Positions 26,299 to 35,069 of a DNA stretch of 38,256 nt are shown in pieces (the stretch's first letter is position 1; every line of letters begins with the position of its first letter). The stretch spans positions 1 through 38,256 of the IMG/VR virus record IMGVR_UViG_3300042860_000123, one strand, 5' to 3'. Both the position numbers and the translations under genes were made by a program. The notes under the pieces are model-generated. The model saw only the letters and a list, made by a program, of their open reading frames with translations, did not search any database and had not been told where the DNA came from. This DNA is from a virus (Duplodnaviria > Caudoviricetes).

Positions 26299-29200
26299 AT
26301 GCCAATCTACCGCATCACAGCCCCCAACGGATTAACGTACGAAATTGAGGGGCCTGAAGGTGCGTCTCAAGCGGAAGTGGCAAGGGCTGTTATGGCCAAA
26401 AATCCCGAAGCGGGTACGCCATTTAAAGAAGCTGGCTTCTCGTTTGGTGATACGGCTGTTGCGGGTTTACAAAGCGCTGTCGGTTCGGCTAAATCTACAC
26501 TGCAAGGGTTTGGTGCAGAAGCCCCCGGAGTGGAAACGCTTGGCAACCTGCAAAAAGGTTTGGCGCAACTCTATACACCAGAGCGCAGGGCTGAGCAAGC
26601 CCGCCGTGATGCGCTTGAGAAAGCCGCGGCTAAGTCTGGTAGCACGTTAGAAGAAATTAAAGCCAGTGCCGCTGGTGTTACCGAAGCCCCCATCCAATCC
26701 ACTGCGTCAGCAGTTGGTTCATCCATTCCCACAGTTGCTTTAAGTATTGGCGCGGCTGCTTTGGCGACTGGTGCTGCGGCCACTATTGGTTTGGTAGGTG
26801 CCCCTGCCCTTGCGTTTGCCGCCGCTGTTGGTATTGGCACAAAGTACGCCCTTGGCGCATTACAAGGTGCGGGTTCTGTCAAAGGTTCTATCTATGATGC
26901 TGTTAAAGAAGAAGTTAGCAAGCAATACCCCGACCTTTCCAAAGAAGAAGTTTCTAAGATTGCGTTAGAAGCACAAAGTTTTACTGGTAAAAACTGGGAC
27001 AACATCATGGCTGGCACCGGTATTGGTGCGGTGGCTGGTGGTACTGGCCTAGAGAAAGATCTTTTAAAGAAACTGTCCAAACCTGTTGCCGCCGCAGCCG
27101 CTAAAGATGTAGGTGAAGAAGTTGCAAAGAAAGGCATCATTGCGGGCACTAAACGTGCCGTTGGTACAGGTTTAAAAGAAGCCATACCCGAAGGTATCCA
27201 AGGCGGTCAAGAGAAGTTTGCCACTAATGTGGCGCAGACCCGTGAAGGATTTGAAACCCCTGCAATGCAAGGCGTGCTAGGTGCGGCAACCAAAGAGGGT
27301 TTGATGGGTATGCTGGGTGGGGCGGCAGTCAGCCCATTTACAGGTACAACCCCCACTGCCCCTACTGCACCGCCAACTGGCCAGCCCGGTCAGCCCACAC
27401 CATCTGAATTGGAAGCGTTGGTTCAACAGCGTAAATTGGAGCGTCAGCAAGAGCAGATGGGTGTTAAGCAAGGTCGCGCGGCTCGTGAAGGTGAGAAGTT
27501 ACTTGATGCAGAGGCGCAAGCGCAAGCCGACAAAGAGCGGGCTGTCCTTGTGCAAGCTGAACAAGCCGCCGCCAAAGAACTGCAAGCACTGCGTAACCAA
27601 CGCCAAGCTGAATTGGAACAAACGTTCCCGAAAGATTACAGCGATGTAATGCAGAAGACCAACTCATACGCAGAGTTGTTCCAAGAAAAGCAAGCACTGC
27701 TGGGGCAGAAGCAAACCAAAGATGTACGTGAACGCCTGTTTACTGTAAATGGTTTGATGGCCAGCATTGTTGAGGAAGATAGCCGCGTACCTAATGAATT
27801 TAGACGTATGCAGGCTGAGAACGCCAAGGTAGTCAAGCAACTGCCTCCTGACCTGCAAGCCAAGTATGCGGCCACTGCGTTCACCGTTCCTGAACCACAA
27901 CAGATGGAAATCCGTGCGGCTACGGTTGAACAAACTCCTGTACCGCAAACTGATTTGTTGGGTCAGCCCATCACCCAAGAAGTACCTGCACCACCTGCAC
28001 CTGATAAGTTTAAAACTGTGCAGACAGTAGAGGAAGCGCAAGCTGCCTTGGACTTGCAGAACAGACGCGAAGCACGTGAGGGTCAAGCTGAACGTAACGC
28101 CGCCAAGGATGCAGGGCAACTTGGTTTGTTTACCCGCGTGGGTACGCCAACTGCCGAAGCTGAGGTTGTTCCACCAAAAGTAGTTGTACAGAAGCCACCA
28201 GTTACCGAACCTTCGGTACTGCAAAAGCCTACGCCTTTGACCATTCCACCTGTTGTCACAAGCGAATCGCTTGGTGTATTGGGTATTGGCCCCACGGCTG
28301 TGATGCGTAGAGCAGGCCATGCCATCCAAGGTTTGGACATTACCAAGCCTGAAGATGCAGCTGAAGTAAAGAACATGTTGACAATCTACAAAGAGGGTCG
28401 TAGCCCTGCGATTGTTGAAAAGGTTGATACGTTCCTCAGTCGCCCTGAGTTTCAGGCAATACCTGCACCTGCCCCCGTTGCACCTGCTGTTACGCCTGCT
28501 CCTACCCCTGCACCAAAGGTTGAAGCCGCGCCCGTTGTGAAAGCACCAGCACCTGCCGTTGTAGAAACACCCGCGCCTACTATTACAGAAGCGCCTAAAG
28601 TAGAAGCACCAAAGGTTGAGACGCCAGTAGCACCACAGAATGCTGGCTACCATGCAGGTGATTTAGGTTATGCGGGTGATACCACGCTGGGTAATATGTC
28701 GGGCAGGAGTACTGGGCACTTTGGTACTGGGGTGTATTTGGTTGGGAAGCCAGAAGCAGCTACCAATAAGTTTGCTAGAGATGATAGACCTGTCAACACC
28801 GTTGACTTGTCCAAGTACAACCTCGCTAAACCCCGCGATGAATCAGATGCAAAAAATTTGCACGAAGGTTTGAAGGCTGTTAACAGTCTTGTTGGGCAAG
28901 ACCTAAATGATGAAACCTCACAAAGAAAGTTGGATCAAGCCGCGTTCAATGTTTGGTTAAGTGTAGGCACCAAGTTTGAAAAAGAACAAGTAAAGGCAGC
29001 AGTTACCAATGCAATTCAAGAAGCAACGGCTGCCAGAACAGATGACGTTGTATTTACTGATAAGTACTTAGACTCAGCTTCAACCCGCGCAATGAAGGCT
29101 CTTGGGTTTGAAGGTGTTGATGTACGTGGAATTCCAAACTATGACAACACTACGTACGGCACGGTTGTTTATGCACCATCACTAGCCCCTGCTAAACCTG

Positions 29201-32200
29201 CGGGCCAATCTGCTGAAAAGAAAGCGGCTAACAAAGCGGCACAACCATCTGCAAAGAAAACTGCGCAACCTGCGCCTACACCAGCGCCTATCGTTACCGC
29301 ACCTGCGGCTACTGCGCCCACAACTGCGCCAGCGGCTACTACACCTGCACCCGTGGCTAAGCCCACACCAGTCAAAGTTATCAAAAAATCTCAGCCTAAA
29401 CCTGAACCTGTAAAAGAAGAAAAGCCAAAGGTTGACAAGGCTCTTGAGAAGGCGCGTGAGACTGCCGATGATCTTGATCTTGACCCCGATACAACCAAAG
29501 CCAAAGTTAAATCATTTGCCAAGCGTTTGCACAAAGCAGGCTTGATTGACGACATCAGTTTGAACGCGGTTGAAAGCATATCCAAAGACAAGGATATGGG
29601 TACTCAAGACTTGTTGGATGAAATCAAGTTTGCGCTTGAGGCTTATGAAAGCCAGCAGAAGAAAGCACCTGAAGCAAAGCCTGAACCCAAGAAGGTTACA
29701 GACGAAAGCAACATCATTGAGGGCGAGACACGTGTAATCCCAGACAACCAAGTAAAGTTGTTGGAAGGCCCTGTCGGTCGTTTGCAAGATGACCAAGTTG
29801 AAGAACTTGAAGAATTCTATGGCGTTGACAAAAGCAACCCTGAGTTCTGGAAGCGCTTGCAAGAAGACGTTACCCTGTTTGCTGAGAAAGGTGCTAAAGC
29901 CGTCAAGCAAGCTATCCGTGAAATCATCAGGCAGGTGCAGGCGGGCGTGCTGGCCGTGGGCGTTATCTTCAACCCCGGCAATATTTCTGCGCCAGAAGCA
30001 TTTGTTTTACACAACCCTGTTGAAATAACCACGACACAGGAAGTCAAAGCAGAAGTACCTGCGTCTGTTGCATCTAAGATGTCTGCTGGCGCTAAAGAAG
30101 CCTATGAAATTCTTGTCCCTGCAATGAAGGGCAAGAACGGCGACAAGCTCATGGTGTTTGTTGACAAGCCCAACGGTCGCATCTTTATCTTTGACGCGGA
30201 TGGCAAACCGATACTAGATAAGAAAGTGTTGATTGGCTTGGCCAAGGGCGATCTGTATGTAGGTAACAACGATCTGCCACAGAACCGCATCACCCCTGCT
30301 GGCCTGTTTGGTATCAAAATAATTGATGCTGCAAAGGGCGGCTCTGCTAAAAAGACTGCGGGTGATTATGACTTCGGTAAGGTGTTTGCACTGGAAGACC
30401 CCGATGCTGTGGTCACCATCATGCACTCTGTGTGGCTAAAAGAAAAGGATGCCGCCCAACGTCAAGCCGCGTTGCAAAGCGAATCTGCCGCTGACTCACG
30501 TTACTCTTTTGGTTGTATCAATATCGACAAGGGTACGTACAAGTACTTACTCGACAACTTCCAAGCGCAGATGGATGGCGCAAAGATGTTCGTGGTGCCT
30601 GATAACCAAGCAGACACCAAAGCTTTCTTGACTGGCGAGAAAGCCAACGCCGATGTGCTTGTACGTGAGGCTGTGAAACCTGTCACTAAGACAACCACAC
30701 AGACCCGTGACTCTGCGTTTGCAAAAGAAGATAAGACTGGTACGCTGGGGCGTGAGCAAGGACTCCCACCCAAGGAGCCAACACGTTCACGTATCACAGA
30801 CGATCAAAACCCTGTTGACAATCCCATTTCCAATGCTGACCTTGAAGGCATTGTGGCTGATGTGAAGAAGTCTTTGGGTGGTGAAGTTGAAGTAACCATC
30901 CTTGACAGCGCAAAAGACCTTGACCCTAAAGCACCAGCAGGTGCAGCAGGTTTGGTAAAAGATGGCAACGTGTATCTGTTCAGAGATGGCATCAGGTCTG
31001 GCATTGAAGGTGCTAAGACTGTTTTCCATGAACTGTTCCACCTTGGCTTGCAGAAGCTTTTGACCAACCCCAAGGAATACCACAGGGTTATGATAAACCT
31101 GTACCGCATGAACGCCCGAGTGCGTGAGATGGCGGATAAGTGGATTGCTTCACAAGAAGGTCAGGATGCTAAAGCTGCATACGCAGAGCAGTACACCAAC
31201 CCTAATGACCGTTTAAATGCACTGACTGCCCACGGCACAGACGAAGCGCTCGCACGTATTGCTGAAGAGTTAAAGACTGGTGAAAAGGTTGGTACAAGTC
31301 AACGCGCCTTTGTACGTTCAATTGCAAAATGGTTGGCTGACGTTGCTGAGAAGATTGGTATGCGTCAAGTTGCGCAGAGCATCCGGTCTGCAACCTACAC
31401 AGAAGTTGAGAAGTTTGTACAAGAAGCCATGACTGCCGCAGTGGGTGCTGGCCCTGTGAATATGCGCATGACCCGTCGCTTCTCTCAAGCAGGGGATGCT
31501 GCATCAGCCGCATTTAAAAAATGGTTTGGTAATAGCAAGGTCGTAGATAAAAACGGTAAGCCGCTGGTTGTGTACCATGGAACCGATCAAGACCTTGATG
31601 TATTGAAGTCATCCAAACAGCTTGAACGAGAAGGGGTGCGGGAAGTTGGGTACACCAACGGTATTTACGCTGCCGCAAACCCTGCGTACGCAGGGCGTTA
31701 TGGCGTTGGCAAAGAAGGCGCCAACATCATGCCAGTGTACTTATCCATGAAGAACCCCAAAATCTTGGAGTACAACGCATTCCAACGTATTGTTGCAAAG
31801 CTGACTGGATATACAGATTCAAAATCAAAAGAACTTGCAAGGTCTATTGCCGTTACCGACAGAGATCTTGCAGAGTATAAAAGGCAAGGATACGATGGTC
31901 TAATCAATAAAGAATTAGATGAGTATGTGGTTTTTGACTCTACCCAAGTCAAATCTGCCATTGGCAACATCGGCACGTACGACCCCACTAACCCCAACAT
32001 CCGTTACTCTGTTCGTGGTGGCATTGATGAGAACACCCGCCGTGCGGTACAGGCTATTCAGGATAAGACACCTGAGAAGTACAAAGAGCCTGAGAAGAAG
32101 ACGCTGGTTCAGCAGATCAAGAGCATCAAAGAAGTTGAGACCCGAGACAAAGCCAAGCTGATGCTACGTCAGAAGGCCGCTGATAAGTTTGCAACGGTCA

Positions 32201-34776
32201 ACGCCAAGGTCAACCAAATGTTCTCTAAGGGCTACAAGAATGCCTTTGGCGATCTGAACCCTATGGTGCTGGCACGCCAAGCAGAAGAAGCCCGCAAGCT
32301 AGTGCTTGATTTCTTTAAAGCTGGCGGTATCAGGATGGCTAAGAGTGGCCTGATTGAAACTGTTGATACCAAAGACTCGTTGCAAAGCGCAGTTGAGCAG
32401 TTGGTTGATCTGGCCGCTAAAAACAACATGACATACAAGGATGCCGAAACCTATGTATCTTCTTTGTTGGAAGGCCACCGCCTGCACAACATGCGCGAAG
32501 AGCATGACAAGCCCTTGGAAGCATCTGCCCTAATCCTTGAACAACAGGGTAAGAACAAAGAAGCTGATGCCGAGCGCAAGAAGAAGTTGGCGCGGCACAT
32601 GGACAACGCTGACATTGATACGCTGGAAGCCGCCTTCCAGAAGTCACCTGAGACCAAGGCCATCCTTGATACGCTCAATGCAACTCGTGCGCAGGCTATT
32701 GACCTGATGGTTAAAACTGGGCGTATTACCAAAGAGCAAGGACAGTTCTGGAACGACAACGCTGCATACGTGCCGTTTGATCGTGTATTTGTAGAAACAG
32801 AAAAACCTGTCAAGGGTCGTGGCACTTATGGTATTTCCACCCTGCGTAACCTCCCCGGTATGGAAGGTTCGTTTGAGCGCCCCATCAAAAACGTATTTGA
32901 TTCCTACACTGGCCGTTTAAGCTGGATGATTACAGAAGCTGTGCATAACCACGCTTCCTATAACGTGCTCGATACGATGGCACTGGGTGGATTTGCAAAA
33001 GAACTTAAACCCAAAGAAGTTCCGGGCAACAAGGCTTTGACTGTCAAAGTTTACCGCGAGGGTAAACCAGTTGAGTTTGAAGTTGAAAGCGCTGCTGACT
33101 ACGAAGCATTCCAAGCCGCACCTGAGTTGACAGGGTGGATGGTATCTTCACTTGTGCCTGCGGCACGATGGGTGCGTGTGGGCGTGACAGCTTTCCCTGC
33201 CTTCTCAATCAAACAGGTGATTGAAGACGCACAGCGTTCCATGTTTAACTCGGGTGTTGAGCGCCCCTTGGTTGTCGGCATGAAGACGCTGTACAACTTC
33301 CCTCGCCTGCTGACATCTGATGCTCTGCAAGCTTTGGGCGTTAGCAAGAAGATGCCTCTGGTACGTGAGATGGAAAAGCTTGGCATCATTGGTGACTACG
33401 ATGTCAACATCATCAACCCTGCACAAGATATTAAGATTGCGGCTGGTGCTGAAAAACGTGGCTGGTCTGGTAAGGTGTACCATGCCCTTGAGAAAATCAC
33501 TAAGGCTTCCGATCTTTCTGCACGTTTGGCTGTGTTTGAAGAGACTCTGCTTGAGACAGGTGGCAAAAAAGATAAAGACGGCAACATCACAGGTGGTGAC
33601 AAAGACCTCGCACAGCTACGCGCTCGTGAGTTGATTAACTTTAGCCGCCGTGGTTCTGACCCCACCATCCGCACACTCAGCCGTGTGGTGCCGTTCATGA
33701 ACGCATACGCGCAAGGTATGGATGTCACATACCGCACAGCCAGCGGTCTGGATGCCGCCTCTGGTTCTGAGCGTGCAGAAGCACGTAAGCAGTTCTATAA
33801 GATGGCCATGAAGCTGACTGCACTTGGCTTTATGTACGCCTTGGCGTTTGGTGATGACGAAGGGTACAAGAACGCAACCGATGATGTGCGTGACAACAAC
33901 TTCTTGATCCCACATACGGATAAGAAGATTCCGTTGCCAAAAGAGATTGGCTTCCTGTTCAAGTCAATCCCAGAGCGTTTGGTTAACTACTATCGTCGCT
34001 ATGGTACTGATGAAGAGCAAAGCATCCTCAACCTGCTTGGCACGATTGTCAAGGGCGGCTTCTCTGCATACGGCACACCCAACGCTACGCCTGCACAGAT
34101 TAAGCCTATCCTTGAGAACATGACCAACTATTCGTTCTTCTTGCAACGTGAGTTGGAATCTGCTTCTATGCAAAGGCTTGACCCATCACAGCGTTCAACA
34201 GGCAGTACATCCGAGTTGGCCAAAGCTATTGGTGCGTTTTCACAGAAGCTTGGAGAAGCCGCTGGTACTAAGAGTTTAGAAGTATCACCCATCAAGGTGG
34301 ACAACTTACTGCGTGGGCTGTTTGGTATTGCAGGCTCATCCACACTGCTGATGACCGACGCTTTGATTAACCCAAGCCGCCCTGACCGCCCTCTGTATCA
34401 AATGCCGTTTGCAAGTTTGTTCCTGTACAACACCGAAGGTGGTCGTGCTAAGAATGAGTTCTATGATTTACAAAATAAAGTAAGTCAGGCAGATATGACG
34501 TTCAAGAGCATGCAAGAAACTGCGCCAGACAAAGCCGTGGCTTATTTTGATAAGAACGCAGCATTGATTTCTGTTGCTCCTATCTTGAATGAATCGCTAC
34601 AACAGTTAAGCCAGACACGCCAACTTCGTCAGCAGTTAGAGACCGCCACCGAAGAATCGTCAGGCATGACCAGTAAAGAACGCCGCGAAGCAATTGACGC
34701 TATCATTAAACAAGAGAACCAATCGCTAAACTACATTCGTGCACTAGACAAACAAGTGCGGGACATGAGCAAATAA
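26299..34776 (+). CDS. Giant polyvalent virion protein (ART-like, L,D-transpeptidase-like, zincin metallopeptidase, ART-PolyVal-like, C-terminal LPD38-like)
   Basis: 2825 aa. GYHAG...GHFGTGVY (about 28645); H..x..SFGCINI (30424-30525); FHELFH (31024-41); FKKWFGNSKVVDKNGKPLVVYHGT (about 31513); IPLPKEIGFLFKSIPE and ENMTNYSFF motifs near the C-terminus. Confidence 0.75.
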   Translation: MPIYRITAPNGLTYEIEGPEGASQAEVARAVMAKNPEAGTPFKEAGFSFGDTAVAGLQSAVGSAKSTLQGFGAEAPGVETLGNLQKGLAQLYTPERRAEQARRDALEKAAAKSGSTLEEIKASAAGVTEAPIQSTASAVGSSIPTVALSIGAAALATGAAATIGLVGAPALAFAAAVGIGTKYALGALQGAGSVKGSIYDAVKEEVSKQYPDLSKEEVSKIALEAQSFTGKNWDNIMAGTGIGAVAGGTGLEKDLLKKLSKPVAAAAAKDVGEEVAKKGIIAGTKRAVGTGLKEAIPEGIQGGQEKFATNVAQTREGFETPAMQGVLGAATKEGLMGMLGGAAVSPFTGTTPTAPTAPPTGQPGQPTPSELEALVQQRKLERQQEQMGVKQGRAAREGEKLLDAEAQAQADKERAVLVQAEQAAAKELQALRNQRQAELEQTFPKDYSDVMQKTNSYAELFQEKQALLGQKQTKDVRERLFTVNGLMASIVEEDSRVPNEFRRMQAENAKVVKQLPPDLQAKYAATAFTVPEPQQMEIRAATVEQTPVPQTDLLGQPITQEVPAPPAPDKFKTVQTVEEAQAALDLQNRREAREGQAERNAAKDAGQLGLFTRVGTPTAEAEVVPPKVVVQKPPVTEPSVLQKPTPLTIPPVVTSESLGVLGIGPTAVMRRAGHAIQGLDITKPEDAAEVKNMLTIYKEGRSPAIVEKVDTFLSRPEFQAIPAPAPVAPAVTPAPTPAPKVEAAPVVKAPAPAVVETPAPTITEAPKVEAPKVETPVAPQNAGYHAGDLGYAGDTTLGNMSGRSTGHFGTGVYLVGKPEAATNKFARDDRPVNTVDLSKYNLAKPRDESDAKNLHEGLKAVNSLVGQDLNDETSQRKLDQAAFNVWLSVGTKFEKEQVKAAVTNAIQEATAARTDDVVFTDKYLDSASTRAMKALGFEGVDVRGIPNYDNTTYGTVVYAPSLAPAKPAGQSAEKKAANKAAQPSAKKTAQPAPTPAPIVTAPAATAPTTAPAATTPAPVAKPTPVKVIKKSQPKPEPVKEEKPKVDKALEKARETADDLDLDPDTTKAKVKSFAKRLHKAGLIDDISLNAVESISKDKDMGTQDLLDEIKFALEAYESQQKKAPEAKPEPKKVTDESNIIEGETRVIPDNQVKLLEGPVGRLQDDQVEELEEFYGVDKSNPEFWKRLQEDVTLFAEKGAKAVKQAIREIIRQVQAGVLAVGVIFNPGNISAPEAFVLHNPVEITTTQEVKAEVPASVASKMSAGAKEAYEILVPAMKGKNGDKLMVFVDKPNGRIFIFDADGKPILDKKVLIGLAKGDLYVGNNDLPQNRITPAGLFGIKIIDAAKGGSAKKTAGDYDFGKVFALEDPDAVVTIMHSVWLKEKDAAQRQAALQSESAADSRYSFGCINIDKGTYKYLLDNFQAQMDGAKMFVVPDNQADTKAFLTGEKANADVLVREAVKPVTKTTTQTRDSAFAKEDKTGTLGREQGLPPKEPTRSRITDDQNPVDNPISNADLEGIVADVKKSLGGEVEVTILDSAKDLDPKAPAGAAGLVKDGNVYLFRDGIRSGIEGAKTVFHELFHLGLQKLLTNPKEYHRVMINLYRMNARVREMADKWIASQEGQDAKAAYAEQYTNPNDRLNALTAHGTDEALARIAEELKTGEKVGTSQRAFVRSIAKWLADVAEKIGMRQVAQSIRSATYTEVEKFVQEAMTAAVGAGPVNMRMTRRFSQAGDAASAAFKKWFGNSKVVDKNGKPLVVYHGTDQDLDVLKSSKQLEREGVREVGYTNGIYAAANPAYAGRYGVGKEGANIMPVYLSMKNPKILEYNAFQRIVAKLTGYTDSKSKELARSIAVTDRDLAEYKRQGYDGLINKELDEYVVFDSTQVKSAIGNIGTYDPTNPNIRYSVRGGIDENTRRAVQAIQDKTPEKYKEPEKKTLVQQIKSIKEVETRDKAKLMLRQKAADKFATVNAKVNQMFSKGYKNAFGDLNPMVLARQAEEARKLVLDFFKAGGIRMAKSGLIETVDTKDSLQSAVEQLVDLAAKNNMTYKDAETYVSSLLEGHRLHNMREEHDKPLEASALILEQQGKNKEADAERKKKLARHMDNADIDTLEAAFQKSPETKAILDTLNATRAQAIDLMVKTGRITKEQGQFWNDNAAYVPFDRVFVETEKPVKGRGTYGISTLRNLPGMEGSFERPIKNVFDSYTGRLSWMITEAVHNHASYNVLDTMALGGFAKELKPKEVPGNKALTVKVYREGKPVEFEVESAADYEAFQAAPELTGWMVSSLVPAARWVRVGVTAFPAFSIKQVIEDAQRSMFNSGVERPLVVGMKTLYNFPRLLTSDALQALGVSKKMPLVREMEKLGIIGDYDVNIINPAQDIKIAAGAEKRGWSGKVYHALEKITKASDLSARLAVFEETLLETGGKKDKDGNITGGDKDLAQLRARELINFSRRGSDPTIRTLSRVVPFMNAYAQGMDVTYRTASGLDAASGSERAEARKQFYKMAMKLTALGFMYALAFGDDEGYKNATDDVRDNNFLIPHTDKKIPLPKEIGFLFKSIPERLVNYYRRYGTDEEQSILNLLGTIVKGGFSAYGTPNATPAQIKPILENMTNYSFFLQRELESASMQRLDPSQRSTGSTSELAKAIGAFSQKLGEAAGTKSLEVSPIKVDNLLRGLFGIAGSSTLLMTDALINPSRPDRPLYQMPFASLFLYNTEGGRAKNEFYDLQNKVSQADMTFKSMQETAPDKAVAYFDKNAALISVAPILNESLQQLSQTRQLRQQLETATEESSGMTSKERREAIDAIIKQENQSLNYIRALDKQVRDMSK

Positions 34777-34806
34777 AAAACCCCCAGTGATGAGCCGGGG
34801 GTAAAA
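34775..34806 (-). terminator. Terminator between the convergent late and replication modules
   Basis: On the - strand: ACCCCCGG-CTCATCA-CTGGGGGT-TTTTT. A second hairpin GCACCT-TTGC-AGGTGC lies at 34819-34. Confidence 0.7.
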
Positions 34807-34844
34807 GGAGAAGCAACTGCACCTTTGCAGGTGCGGCTTCATTA

Positions 34845-35069
34845 TTACTTAATTCGCCAAACTCTGATACCCCACATCTGGTTTTCTATGCGGGGTATTA
34901 TTTTTACTTGATAGCCACGACTCTCGGCACGCTGAGCGATGCCACTAGCCATGCGGTTGTGGGCGATACAAGGTAGAAAAAAAGATGTGCCTACAGAAAA
35001 CTTAGCCCATTCAATCTGTACCTGTATCCCCTCAATCTCAAGCGGCTTTTCTATCTTCGGTATCGTCAT
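34845..35069 (-). CDS. Small hypothetical protein
   Basis: Preferred start MTIPKIEK overlaps the primase end; W.KF.VG.SFFLP...GIRVWR motif common in small phage proteins. Confidence 0.6.
   Translation of the reverse strand: MTIPKIEKPLEIEGIQVQIEWAKFSVGTSFFLPCIAHNRMASGIAQRAESRGYQVKIIPRIENQMWGIRVWRIK

Noticed and set aside
27664-28653. 329-aa Cys/Arg/Trp-rich minus-strand ORF
   Set aside because: Shadow of the Pro/Ala-rich linker of the polyvalent protein.
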